The notes under the pieces are model-generated. The model ran no database searches. It was not told where the DNA came from and saw only the letters and a program-made list of their open reading frames with translations. Shown here one piece after another: positions 19,012-28,137 of a stretch of 64,000 nt of DNA. A program made the translations under genes and the position numbers. Every line of letters starts with the position of its first letter. The stretch's first letter is position 1. This DNA comes from an uncultured bacterium. Its GTDB lineage: Bacteria; Chloroflexota; UBA5177; JANWHV01. The DNA is taken from positions 96,001-160,000 of the forward strand of contig CAVSOU010000007.1 in NCBI GenBank assembly GCA_963729625.1, read 5' to 3'.

Positions 19012-19497
19012 ATGAAAGTGCGCGCGATCATGGCGACTCCCCCGGTAACCGTTGATGCCGACACACCTGTGATGCAAGTGGCTAGAGTGATGCTCGAACA
19101 CCGGCTGCCCGGCGTTCCCGTGGTCGACGAACACGGAACCCTCCTGGGCGTCGTCACCGAAGCGGACCTCATTGTGCGAAACGCCAACCTTCATCTACCC
19201 CGGTTTCTGACCTTTGTCGATGCTTTGGCTCCGACAAGCGGCGTGCGCGAGTTCGAGGCGGAGTTGCGACGCATGCTTGCTACCTCCGCTCGGGAGGTTA
19301 TGAGCGACAAGCTCCATGCGGTGTCCCAGGACGCCGACGTGGCCGATGCGGCCACTACGATGTTTGAGAACCACGCAAATCCATTGCCGGTCACGGACGA
19401 CGGCAGGCTTGTGGGCACCGTCAGCCGGACCGATATTATCCGGCTCATGCTGCTCGAGGAGGATCAATCCGCCGGCGGATTGGCGCCCGCGGAATGA
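19012..19497 (+). CDS. CBS domain pair protein
   Basis: MKVRAIMATPPVTV, VPVVDEHGTLLGVVTEADL, LPVTDDGRLVGTVSRTDI. Confidence 0.9.
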   Translation: MKVRAIMATPPVTVDADTPVMQVARVMLEHRLPGVPVVDEHGTLLGVVTEADLIVRNANLHLPRFLTFVDALAPTSGVREFEAELRRMLATSAREVMSDKLHAVSQDADVADAATTMFENHANPLPVTDDGRLVGTVSRTDIIRLMLLEEDQSAGGLAPAE

Positions 19498-20645
19498 GCC
19501 CATCGCCCTGGACAGCCTCACGCGGCGGCGCATCTCGCCGTGCTACTCGTGCTACGGTGTTTCTTGACCGCATAGCGTCCAATGTGCGGGCTATCAGAGG
19601 CGTGGCCGGTCCCGGTGTCCAGGTGATGGCAGTTGTCAAAGCAAACGCATACGGGCACGGGGCGGTGCCGGTCGCGGCAGTGGCGCTCGAGGAGGGCGCG
19701 GGCTGGCTTGGCGCCGCGTGTGTCGACGAGGGACTGCAACTCCGCGAAGCGGGCATATCCGCGCCAATCCTGATTCTTGGCTACGTGGCGCCAGATGAGC
19801 TCGCGACTGCGGTGGAGGGCAATCTCTCTGTTGCCCTGGGGACCACCAAGCAGGGCGCCGCCATCGCAGCCGCCGCGCGCGGATTACGTGGCCGTGCGCG
19901 GGTCCATGTCAAGATAGATAGCGGCATGGGTCGCTATGGCATTCTGCCAGAGCAAACTGAAGGTGTTGCGCTCGTGTTGGCGAAGACGCCTGAGATTCAC
20001 GTGGAAGGCTGCTTCACCCATCTCGCGCGTGGCGAAGAGAACCCCGCTATCGCGACAGATTGCCAGCTTGCGCGCTTTGAGGATGCGCTCCAGGCGCTGG
20101 CCCGCCATGGCGTAAGGCCGGAGTTCGTTCACGCGTCAAACAGCGGCGCCACGCTTGCCGCGCCCCAGGCGCGTCTGAACATGATCCGTACCGGTCTGCT
20201 GCTGTACGGCTATCGGCCTGAGAGCTCTCTCGCGCCCGACGTGACGTTCAGACCGGCACTTGAGGTCGTCTCGCGTCTGGCACGCGTCCAGATGCTGCCC
20301 GCCGGCGCAGGTATCGGCTACGGACACACGCATGTCTTGCCGGAGGCAGCTATCGCGGGCCTGGTTCCGATGGGCTACGCCGACGGGCTGCAACGCGCCC
20401 TGTCCGGCAGGGGTTACCTGGTTGCCGGCGGCAAGCGGGTGCCGATCATCGGCCGTGTGAGCATGGACCAATGTATCGTCGACTTGTCGGATGCTGGGCC
20501 CGTGGTCGAAGGCGATCCCGTCGTGGTGATCGGCGCGCAGGGACTCGCCAGTGTGTGGGCAGACGACCTCGCACGGTGGGCAGGCACCATTTCCTACGAA
20601 ATCCTCTGCGGTATCAGTTCCCGCGTGCCACGCAGCTATTATTGA
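19494..20645 (+). CDS. alr: Alanine racemase
   Basis: AVVKANAYGHG PLP motif, HVKIDSGMGRYG, GYADG, GRVSMDQ, TISYEILC..SRVPR. Confidence 0.97.
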   Translation: MSPSPWTASRGGASRRATRATVFLDRIASNVRAIRGVAGPGVQVMAVVKANAYGHGAVPVAAVALEEGAGWLGAACVDEGLQLREAGISAPILILGYVAPDELATAVEGNLSVALGTTKQGAAIAAAARGLRGRARVHVKIDSGMGRYGILPEQTEGVALVLAKTPEIHVEGCFTHLARGEENPAIATDCQLARFEDALQALARHGVRPEFVHASNSGATLAAPQARLNMIRTGLLLYGYRPESSLAPDVTFRPALEVVSRLARVQMLPAGAGIGYGHTHVLPEAAIAGLVPMGYADGLQRALSGRGYLVAGGKRVPIIGRVSMDQCIVDLSDAGPVVEGDPVVVIGAQGLASVWADDLARWAGTISYEILCGISSRVPRSYY

Positions 20646-20678
20646 GGGCGCAAGCCTCTAAGCAAACTGCCGATCTCG

Positions 20679-20687
20679 TGCTATACT
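20679..20687 (+). promoter_or_regulatory. Extended -10 promoter element upstream of cvpA
   Basis: TGcTATACT. Confidence 0.5.
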
Positions 20688-20782
20688 GGCGCCATCCCGG
20701 ATTGGGTTGAGAGCGGTAGCGTGGATCGCGGCTCTCTGAACGCCGGCCCGCGGACGAAGCAGAAGGTCGAGAGGATCGCTCC

Positions 20783-21370
20783 ATGGTGTCGGTTGTTTTG
20801 AACATGCCGGATGGCCTGACGCATCTCAATTGGGTTGACTATTTGTTCCTGGTTGTGCTGGTGTACTCTGTGCTGTCAGGTGCGTGGATCGGGTTCTTCG
20901 CCGAGTGCCTGTCGCTTGCCGGGGTCGCAGGTGGCACGTTTGTCGCCGGACTCACCTATCATGACGCCGGCAAACTGCTGGCGCACGTGAACGTTCCTGA
21001 AGACGCCCGCGATTGGGCTGGGTTTGTCGCAGTATTTGTCGCGATCTCTCTCGTGTGCCGTCTGTTTTCCATCAAGGCGCACAAACTGTCAAGCGTCCTG
21101 GTCGCAGGCAGGGCGAACCAGTTGGCCGGCGGACTCATGGGGGTCATCGTCGGCTCTATAATCTGCCTGTTCGCCCTCGTTACCGTCTCCTACTTCCAGG
21201 TGGGCAAGGTTGTCGACCCGCTGTACAACTCGCAGATTGCCCTGAATTCGAAGGGCCTGGTGCAGGAGTATGTAACATTGCTTCCTGTCAAGATGCATAA
21301 GGTGCCGTGGCCGTGCCCGACAACCAGCGACAAGACCTATTACGGAACTTGCTACGTCGTTAGTAGCTGA
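20783..21370 (+). CDS. cvpA: CvpA family membrane protein
   Basis: NWVDYLFLVV...G..IGFFAE.LSLAG, NQLAGGLMG pattern, four hydrophobic segments. Confidence 0.8.
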   Translation: MVSVVLNMPDGLTHLNWVDYLFLVVLVYSVLSGAWIGFFAECLSLAGVAGGTFVAGLTYHDAGKLLAHVNVPEDARDWAGFVAVFVAISLVCRLFSIKAHKLSSVLVAGRANQLAGGLMGVIVGSIICLFALVTVSYFQVGKVVDPLYNSQIALNSKGLVQEYVTLLPVKMHKVPWPCPTTSDKTYYGTCYVVSS

Positions 21371-21427
21371 GCCACGTTCCTTGGACAGTCGCAAGAGGGC
21401 GGAAATCCACGTGTGCGGTCCATCCCC

Positions 21428-21456
21428 TAGACAGGCTACCTGAGGAAGTGTAAACT
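21428..21456 (+). promoter_or_regulatory. Sigma-70 promoter of the 69-aa gene
   Basis: TAGACA-17 bp-TAAACT. Confidence 0.6.
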
Positions 21457-21496
21457 GGCTCCAGCCTTTGGGAATTGTCAACCATGGGAGGACGAG

Positions 21497-21706
21497 ATGG
21501 CATTCGCGTACACGAACAAGAAAGGCCAGACGTACTACCTGCACGAGCAGCTCGTCACGCTCAGGGGTAACAATCGCCGGCAGCCAATATTCTTCTTCGC
21601 ACGGCAGGCAAGAGATGGCGTGTTGGAGGCCGTTCCGGATGGGTGGGAAGTGAAGGAGACCCCAAGTTCCGGGATGCCAGTCCTGAAACGAGTCGCCTCA
21701 CACTAG
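21497..21706 (+). CDS. Small conserved hypothetical protein (69 aa)
   Basis: GGGAGG RBS and own promoter; MAFAYTNKKGQTYYLH...VTLRG...IFFFA...GMPVLKR resembles a recurrent uncharacterised small family (from memory). Confidence 0.85.
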   Translation: MAFAYTNKKGQTYYLHEQLVTLRGNNRRQPIFFFARQARDGVLEAVPDGWEVKETPSSGMPVLKRVASH

Positions 21707-21814
21707 TTCGGGCAATGGTGGGCGCGTCCTTTGTGATTGGAGGGTTGTTGCGGCTGAACGGCGCGACAACCCTCCTTCGCTGCATGGCAGCCCAATCTGC
21801 GCGGAAGCTCTCCG

Positions 21815-22846
21815 CTATTGCGGCTCGCCGGTTTGTTCGTCGCGCATGAGCCGCGACAGTAGAGCTTCCATTGCCGCGCGCGGTTCCTTGCCGTCGAACA
21901 GCACGTCGCACACCTCGTTGGTAATCGGCATCTCGACTCCGTGGCGAGCGGCCAGTACCTGGGCAGCCCTCGCGGTATGCACCCCTTCGGCAACCATGGT
22001 CATGCTCGCCAGAATATCGTCAAGATTGCCACCGCGACCGAGGAGTTCGCCGACGTAGTGATTGCGACTCAATGGGCTCACGCACGTGGCAAACAGGTCC
22101 CCGTACCCGCTGAGACCGGCGAACGTATGCGGATCCGCGCCACAAGCCTGGCCGAGTCGGACGATCTCGGCCATTCCTCTGGTCACGATCCCGGCCTTGC
22201 CGTTCGTACCCATGCCAAGTCCGTCGCAGATCCCGGCCGCCAGGGCCACCACGTTCTTCAGCGATCCGCCTAGCTCCACGCCGATCACGTCTTCCGATGT
22301 ATAGAGCCGGAAGTGGCGGGTTCCGATAAGGGCCGCACAGTCGACCGCGACCGCGCGGTCGGCACAGGCAAGGACAGCGGCAGCGGGCAATCCGGACGCG
22401 ATCTCGCGCGCCAGATTCGGGCCTGAGAGAACGCAAAGGTTTGGCAGCTGGCCGAGCTCCGCCCGCATGACCTCGGAAACGCGCAGGCCGGTACCAGTCT
22501 CAAGACCTTTGACAGCACTCACTACCGGCTGGTGTTGACTCAGGTGCCGGACCAAGCCGGAGCACGTCGAGCGCACGTGCTCGCTCGGCACCACCACGAG
22601 TACGCAGTCGGCCAGCGCCGCGGGTTCGTAGCCGTTCACCACGGAGAGCGTGGAGGGGATCGGCACGCCCGGCAGCGAAGCCGTGTTCTCGCCATCCGTA
22701 AGAATCCGATGCGCTCGCGCCGGATCGCGCGTGCACAACACCGTGCGACGCCCGCTAGTTGCTTCGAGGATGGCAAGGGTAGTTCCCCAGTTGCCGGAGC
22801 CTATCACGCATATGTCGAACCGACTCAGTCGCGTAGACGCACGCAC
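21815..22846 (-). CDS. gpsA: NAD(P)H-dependent glycerol-3-phosphate dehydrogenase
   Basis: VIGSGNWGTTLA, KGLE, LSGPNLAREI, GVELGGSLKNVVA, GLSGYGDL, SRN, VAEG; start trimmed to GTG 22846. Confidence 0.96.
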   Translation of the reverse strand: MRASTRLSRFDICVIGSGNWGTTLAILEATSGRRTVLCTRDPARAHRILTDGENTASLPGVPIPSTLSVVNGYEPAALADCVLVVVPSEHVRSTCSGLVRHLSQHQPVVSAVKGLETGTGLRVSEVMRAELGQLPNLCVLSGPNLAREIASGLPAAAVLACADRAVAVDCAALIGTRHFRLYTSEDVIGVELGGSLKNVVALAAGICDGLGMGTNGKAGIVTRGMAEIVRLGQACGADPHTFAGLSGYGDLFATCVSPLSRNHYVGELLGRGGNLDDILASMTMVAEGVHTARAAQVLAARHGVEMPITNEVCDVLFDGKEPRAAMEALLSRLMRDEQTGEPQ

Positions 22847-22884
22847 CAGTAACCCCAATCGACGGCGTTCAAGCCCTCGGGCGG

Positions 22885-23511
22885 TCAGCCGACGTGCTGG
22901 GCAGGCTGTCCTATTTTGCGCTCGGTCCCCGCCAGCAACCGCTGAATATTGTCGGAGTGTCGGAAGATTATGAGCAGCGCTCCGGCGACGGTGTAGATCA
23001 GTACCCAGGGCGAATAGAGTCCAAGTACGACGAGCGGAATTGCCGCGACCATGGCGATGATCGCTCCGATGAGAACGCCAAACGATACCATCCTGCTGAC
23101 GACAATCAGCGTAACCCCGATGCAGGTGGCAACCAACGCCGCAGGCCAGCACAGCACAAAGAAGATTGCGAAGCTCACCAGGACTCCCCTGCCGCCTCGG
23201 AAACCCGCGTACACCGGCCAGTTGTGGCCAACCGCGGCGGCGAATCCGGCGAGCGCCGCCGCGGAGGCTGTATCGGCCAGTACGTGAGCGATGAGAATCG
23301 CCAGCAACCCTTTTCCAGCATCGCACAGCACCACGAGTACCGCAGGACCGTAACCCAACGTCCGCAGCGCGTTCGTCGCACCTGTTTTCCCGCTGCCAAA
23401 TTCGCGCAAGTCGACACCCTTGACGATCTTGCCCACGATCAGCCCGCTCGGAAAGGCGCCGAGCATATAGCCTATGCCGATCGACAGCACGTACGCGGCT
23501 ATTGCGCTCAC
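22885..23511 (-). CDS. plsY: Glycerol-3-phosphate 1-O-acyltransferase PlsY
   Basis: GYMLGAFPSG, DLREFGSGKTGATNALR, DAGKG, GHNWPVYAGFRGGRGV, RHSDNIQRLLAGTE. Confidence 0.96.
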   Translation of the reverse strand: MSAIAAYVLSIGIGYMLGAFPSGLIVGKIVKGVDLREFGSGKTGATNALRTLGYGPAVLVVLCDAGKGLLAILIAHVLADTASAAALAGFAAAVGHNWPVYAGFRGGRGVLVSFAIFFVLCWPAALVATCIGVTLIVVSRMVSFGVLIGAIIAMVAAIPLVVLGLYSPWVLIYTVAGALLIIFRHSDNIQRLLAGTERKIGQPAQHVG

Positions 23512-23550
23512 TGTGTCACCTCCCGTTCCCAGCAGAGGCTGCTCGGAGAG

Positions 23551-25038
23551 CTATGCCTTGGGCGCCGGTCGCTTCACACGTACCAGAGTTCTGGACCCCA
23601 AACGCTTGCCTCTTTCGCCTTTCGCCCTTCCGCCGGCCTTCGCGGGGCCTCGCTTCTCAACCGCCGCCCTCATGGTGCGCGGCGGGCTGACTCTCGGTAT
23701 TGCCACCGCATCGGCGGGCACTTCTCGCGACGATCTGAAATAGAGCCGTAGCGCGGTTCCTGCGAGCTTGAAGCTCGCGCGAAGCTGATTCTCTAGAAAC
23801 CGCCGATACGAAAAGTGCACAATCTCTGGATCGTTAACAAAGAAGACGAACGTAGGCGGGTCCGCCCTGACCTGGGTCACATAGCGAAGCTTGAGCATCT
23901 TGCCGCTGTGACTCATAGGTTGGTGCTTGCTCAGCGCATCCTGTATCACTCGGTTCAGCTCACCCGTAGGAACGCGCAGGCTTCGGACATCCTTCACATC
24001 GAGTGCGAGGTCTAGTATGCGGCGGACACGCTGCCTGGTCAATGCGGATGTGAAAAGTATGGGCACGTCGTGTACAAAGTGCAGTTGACGGTGGATCTTC
24101 TTCGTATAATCTGCCACGGAGTGGTCGTCCTTGGGCACGACAAGATCCCACTTGTTGACGACGACAACCAGGCCCTTGCCAGCCTCCCACACGTATCCGG
24201 CGATGTGGGCATCCTGCGAAGCGATCGGCTCAGTTGCGTCGATCACGAGCACTGCTACATCCGAGCGGCTGATCGCCCGCATTGCGCGCATCACGCTGTA
24301 GCGCTCGACCCCGCCTTCGATGTGACCCCGCTTTCGAATGCCGGCGGTGTCGACGAGAATAAGCTGTCGATCGGCATGCGCCACCAACGTATCGGTCGAA
24401 TCTCGCGTGGTACCTGGAATGTCGGATACCAGTGCGCGATCTTCTTGCAGAATGGCGTTCAGGAGACTCGACTTGCCCACGTTCGGCCTGCCGACAAGCG
24501 TGATTCGCGGCACGTGGTCCGGCTCGGGCTCTTCAACCTTCGGCAGGTGGCCGGCGATTGCATCCAGCAAGTCACCCGTGTTGAGGCCGTTGAGTCCGGA
24601 AATCGCTATCGGCTCGCCCAGTCCGAGCGCATAGAACTCCGCGGCGTCCAGGCGCCGCGTTTCATTCTCCGCCTTGCTCGCGGCCACGATGACCGGCTGC
24701 TTGGACAAGCGTAATTGATCGGCAACGTCATGGTCCATGGCGGTCAGACCGGAGCGCGCATCGACCATCAGAACGATCACGTCGGCCTCCTCTATGGCCA
24801 TTTCGGCCTGTCGGCGGATGTCGCGTGCCATATCGCTGGCGGCAGAGAAGTCTATCCCGCCCGTGTCGACCACCATGAATGGTTTGTCGTTCCACACGGC
24901 CGCACCGTAGACGCGATCTCTGGTGGTTCCAGGCTCATCCTCGACAATCGCCTGTGGGCGCCCCACGAGGCGGTTGAAGAGCGTAGACTTGCCCACATTC
25001 GGCCGGCCCACGAGGGCTACGATCGGCAGTCCACTCAT
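23551..25038 (-). CDS. der: Ribosome biogenesis GTPase Der (EngA)
   Basis: Two GRPNVGKS P-loops, GTTRD, DTGG/DTAG, NKWD; KH-like C-terminus PPTFVFF. Confidence 0.97.
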   Translation of the reverse strand: MSGLPIVALVGRPNVGKSTLFNRLVGRPQAIVEDEPGTTRDRVYGAAVWNDKPFMVVDTGGIDFSAASDMARDIRRQAEMAIEEADVIVLMVDARSGLTAMDHDVADQLRLSKQPVIVAASKAENETRRLDAAEFYALGLGEPIAISGLNGLNTGDLLDAIAGHLPKVEEPEPDHVPRITLVGRPNVGKSSLLNAILQEDRALVSDIPGTTRDSTDTLVAHADRQLILVDTAGIRKRGHIEGGVERYSVMRAMRAISRSDVAVLVIDATEPIASQDAHIAGYVWEAGKGLVVVVNKWDLVVPKDDHSVADYTKKIHRQLHFVHDVPILFTSALTRQRVRRILDLALDVKDVRSLRVPTGELNRVIQDALSKHQPMSHSGKMLKLRYVTQVRADPPTFVFFVNDPEIVHFSYRRFLENQLRASFKLAGTALRLYFRSSREVPADAVAIPRVSPPRTMRAAVEKRGPAKAGGRAKGERGKRLGSRTLVRVKRPAPKA

Positions 25039-26387
25039 GCAACCAACCTTTCGACATCTTGCACGCCCCGCGCGAGGCGCACCGGACGGTGCAGGAGATT
25101 CTCGAGCATGCTGACACTCATGTCGTCGAGCGTCACCTCGCCGGCTAGATCGAACATCACGCGCGGCAGTACCACTGTGTCGCCCAAACGCTCCCGCGCG
25201 AGGCGCTCGATCAGATCTCCCCCAGTGATCAGGCCAGACACCGTCACCTCCGCGCCGAACACCCGGTTCTCGATCGGAACGAGATCTACTCTCAAATTCT
25301 CTACCTCGTTGAGTCTTCGCGCAACCCCAAGCAGCACCGGGGCAATCAATTGCCCGCACGCGAGAGTTAAGTGGCGAGGCGCAGGGAGCGCCGGAGGCAG
25401 ACGGCGCTTCAGTCCGTGCCAGTCATCGACCAGAACGCGGACCATGCCCACCCCGTTTTCAAGCTGCGACAGATCCATGTAGTGCGCGCGTCCAGGTACC
25501 CGCATGCCCGCCAGGAGGTAGAATTCGTCCGCGAGATAGACTACCGGCTCTCCAAGCACGTCCTTGTTGCGTCGCTGATACGGCTGCACGGCGCGGACGA
25601 CGCCGCGAGCCTCACCGGCGCTGAAGCGTCGCAACGGGTTCTTCGACGATGCCGTTCGCTCCGTCCGCACCCGTGTCAGGCCGACGGGAACCACCGCTAC
25701 TGACCGCACGTGCGGATAGCGGTCAAGCAACTCCTCCACGCTTGCATGCAGGTCCTGGCCGTCGTTAATTCCCGGACACAGCACTATTTGCGTATGCACG
25801 ACGATGCCGAGCGCCGCGAGTCTGTCGAGCTGTTCGCGTATATCGGGAGCATGGCGGTTCCCCAGCAGCTTGCGGCGCAGCTCCGGATTCGTGCTATGCA
25901 CAGAGACATAGAGCGGCGAAAGGCGCTGTTCCGCGATGCGCGACCAGTCATCTTCAGACAAGTTGGTCAGTGTGACGAAGCTCGCGTTCAAGAAAGAGAA
26001 GCGATAGTCGTCGTCCTTGATGTGCAGAGAGGAGCGCATTCCCTTCGGAAGTTGGGTCACGAAGCAGAATGGGCAGTGGTTATTGCACTCAGAGATGTCT
26101 TCGAGTGTCAGCTCGGGCAGCTCAATGCCAAGATCGACATCCGGGTGCTTGCGAAGCCGCACGTCCTGGAGCGCACCCTCACGCCTGATTCGCAGGACGA
26201 GGCGATCCTCGGAGCTATAGAAGCGATAGTCGATGGGATCGCGCAAGGGGTGGCCGTTTATCGAGAGCACGACGTCACCCACCAGTAGCCCGGCCTCAGC
26301 CGCGAGGCTGTTCGACGAAACTGCCAGAATCGTGCCCGGATGCTCCGCCCGCCGCGCGAGCGAGTTGACGAGAGGTACCAGAGACAT
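25035..26387 (-). CDS. DUF512 radical SAM-like protein with N-terminal PDZ domain (TIGR03279-like)
   Basis: PDZ-like GDVVLSING; CNNHCPFCFVTQLPKGMR; KDDDYRFSFL; FVTLTN; ADEFY; QLENGVG. Confidence 0.9.
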   Translation of the reverse strand: MSLVPLVNSLARRAEHPGTILAVSSNSLAAEAGLLVGDVVLSINGHPLRDPIDYRFYSSEDRLVLRIRREGALQDVRLRKHPDVDLGIELPELTLEDISECNNHCPFCFVTQLPKGMRSSLHIKDDDYRFSFLNASFVTLTNLSEDDWSRIAEQRLSPLYVSVHSTNPELRRKLLGNRHAPDIREQLDRLAALGIVVHTQIVLCPGINDGQDLHASVEELLDRYPHVRSVAVVPVGLTRVRTERTASSKNPLRRFSAGEARGVVRAVQPYQRRNKDVLGEPVVYLADEFYLLAGMRVPGRAHYMDLSQLENGVGMVRVLVDDWHGLKRRLPPALPAPRHLTLACGQLIAPVLLGVARRLNEVENLRVDLVPIENRVFGAEVTVSGLITGGDLIERLARERLGDTVVLPRVMFDLAGEVTLDDMSVSMLENLLHRPVRLARGVQDVERLVA

Positions 26388-26409
26388 GCTTACACCCGGC
26401 CCGCGATCA

Positions 26410-26491
26410 TGATATGCTGAGATCAGACGAAAACGCGCCTGCGAGGGCACGGTTCGAGCCCCAACACCAGGCGCCAGTAGCTAGTATACCA
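26410..26491. promoter_or_regulatory. Pair of face-to-face extended -10 elements
   Basis: Plus strand TGaTATGCT 26410-26418; minus strand TGgTATACT 26491-26483. Confidence 0.45.
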
Positions 26492-26513
26492 GTCGCCGCG
26501 TGCATGTCGAAAC

Positions 26514-26759
26514 ATGATGCTGCGCGCCTTGTGGGTGTCCTTCGAGGAGGATGAAGCGGTGCTGAAGGGGTTCTTGGGACAGGCAGTCGGGGTCATCTCC
26601 ATACCGCTATGGCTGGGCGGCTCCGTATACTTCATGTCACGCGCGGCGGACCCCACTGCCACCGATACCGGCAACTGGTTTGCCTGCTTCATCGTTGCTA
26701 CCGTCGTGTTCCTCGGCATCATGGCATTCTGGAACCGGGTGTTCCGCGAGGAAAGCTGA
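26514..26759 (+). CDS. Small hypothetical membrane protein (81 aa, 2 TM)
   Basis: Two hydrophobic segments; GC3-rich codons; fills the gap between minus-strand genes. Confidence 0.6.
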   Translation: MMLRALWVSFEEDEAVLKGFLGQAVGVISIPLWLGGSVYFMSRAADPTATDTGNWFACFIVATVVFLGIMAFWNRVFREES

Positions 26760-26779
26760 GGGTTAGTGCAACCCTCGGT

Positions 26780-27442
26780 TCATGCGTCAGACGCATAGAC
26801 GCCATGGTAGGCGGGCGGCAACAGGGCGATGATCTTCCGCATTACCATATCCGCGGCCAGCTTCTTGGCCGCCCCGTGACTGCGCTCGCCCAAATAGATA
26901 GGCTCCCCCACATTCACGTGAAATTCCGGACGGGAGGCCAGCCGTCGCAGGAATCTGGGCAAGGGCTGCTTCAGGCGCAGATTCTCTGTGCCTGAGATAC
27001 CCACTGGCAGGATCGGGGAGTTGGTGCGGGTCGCGAGAAGCACCGCCCCGGCGCGTGCAGCCTGAGCGCCCCCGTAGTCGCTCCGGTGCCCTTCCGGGAA
27101 GACCATCACGACCTTGCCTTCAAGCAACAGCGACTCAGCACGCTTGATCGCGGTGCGGTCGACCTCCCCGCGGCGTACTGGGAACGTGCCGGCCTGGGTC
27201 AAATACCAGCCGAGCGGCGTGATCTTGAACAGCTCCTCTTTGGCCATGAAATGCAGTTGCCGGGGAAATAGCACGCCAAGAAGCCAGGGATCGAGCATAC
27301 TGAGGTGGTTGCAGGCGAGGACGACGCCTCCCGTTGCCGGCATCCTGCCTGTTCCCGTTGCCTGTGTGCGCGAGATCGTTGTGAACAGGATGCGCAAAGG
27401 CAGGCGGTGTCCATCGTAAAAGGAATTGACTTCGGCCGTCAC
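26780..27442 (-). CDS. plsC: 1-acyl-sn-glycerol-3-phosphate acyltransferase
   Basis: NHLSMLD (HX4D), FMAKEELF, FPVRRG, FPEGHRS. Confidence 0.92.
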   Translation of the reverse strand: MTAEVNSFYDGHRLPLRILFTTISRTQATGTGRMPATGGVVLACNHLSMLDPWLLGVLFPRQLHFMAKEELFKITPLGWYLTQAGTFPVRRGEVDRTAIKRAESLLLEGKVVMVFPEGHRSDYGGAQAARAGAVLLATRTNSPILPVGISGTENLRLKQPLPRFLRRLASRPEFHVNVGEPIYLGERSHGAAKKLAADMVMRKIIALLPPAYHGVYASDA

Positions 27443-28137
27443 GATACCTTCTCCGCCAGACGCTCTCGAACAATGCCGAGCACCAGGGCCACGGCCCGCC
27501 CCAAATCGTATCCCGTCGTGTCTACCAGTATGGCATCCTCCGCCGGACGGAGGGGCGACAGCGTCCTCTCGGTATCCAGCTTGTCCCGGCGCTTCAGATC
27601 GGCAAGAGTCGCCTCGAACGATGCCTCAAGGCCCATTGCCAGGCGCTCCTCAAAGCGCCGCCGAGCGCGATCCTCGACGCTGGCCGAGAGATAGATCTTG
27701 ACGTCGGCGTCGGGCGCAACCACGGTACCGATGTCGCGCCCGACCATCACGGTAGAACGCTCCTGCCGGATTTGGCGCTGCTGCGCCACCATGATCTCCC
27801 GAACTTCACCGTAACTCGAGATGAGAGAGACCATTTTATCGACAATCGGCGTCCGCAGCCGATCGGTTATATCGGCGCCGTCGGCCAGGAGCGGCGGGTT
27901 CACCGCCTGCGCCGTCGCCAGGGTCGGGAAGCTGAACGTAACCGATCGTGCTATCTCCGTCACGCCAGGCACGTCTGCCGGATCTATGCCCAGATCAAGA
28001 ACGAGACTGGTCACGCCGCGGTACATCGCCCCTGTGTCCAGATACAGGTATCCCAATGTCGCCGCCAGGTGCTTCCCTATCGTCGATTTGCCCGACGCCA
28101 CGGGCCCGTCGATAGCGATGCATACGCTCCGTGTCAC
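27439..28137 (-). CDS. cmk: Cytidylate kinase
   Basis: IAIDGPVASGKST, YLDTGAMYR, GRDIGTVV, RRDKLD; GGAGG RBS before GTG 28137. Confidence 0.96.
   Translation of the reverse strand: MTRSVCIAIDGPVASGKSTIGKHLAATLGYLYLDTGAMYRGVTSLVLDLGIDPADVPGVTEIARSVTFSFPTLATAQAVNPPLLADGADITDRLRTPIVDKMVSLISSYGEVREIMVAQQRQIRQERSTVMVGRDIGTVVAPDADVKIYLSASVEDRARRRFEERLAMGLEASFEATLADLKRRDKLDTERTLSPLRPAEDAILVDTTGYDLGRAVALVLGIVRERLAEKVS

Noticed and set aside
26435-26476. GGTTCGAGCC T-loop-like sequence within a stem, suggesting a tRNA
   Set aside because: Only ~42 nt, with no D arm, anticodon arm or proper T stem.
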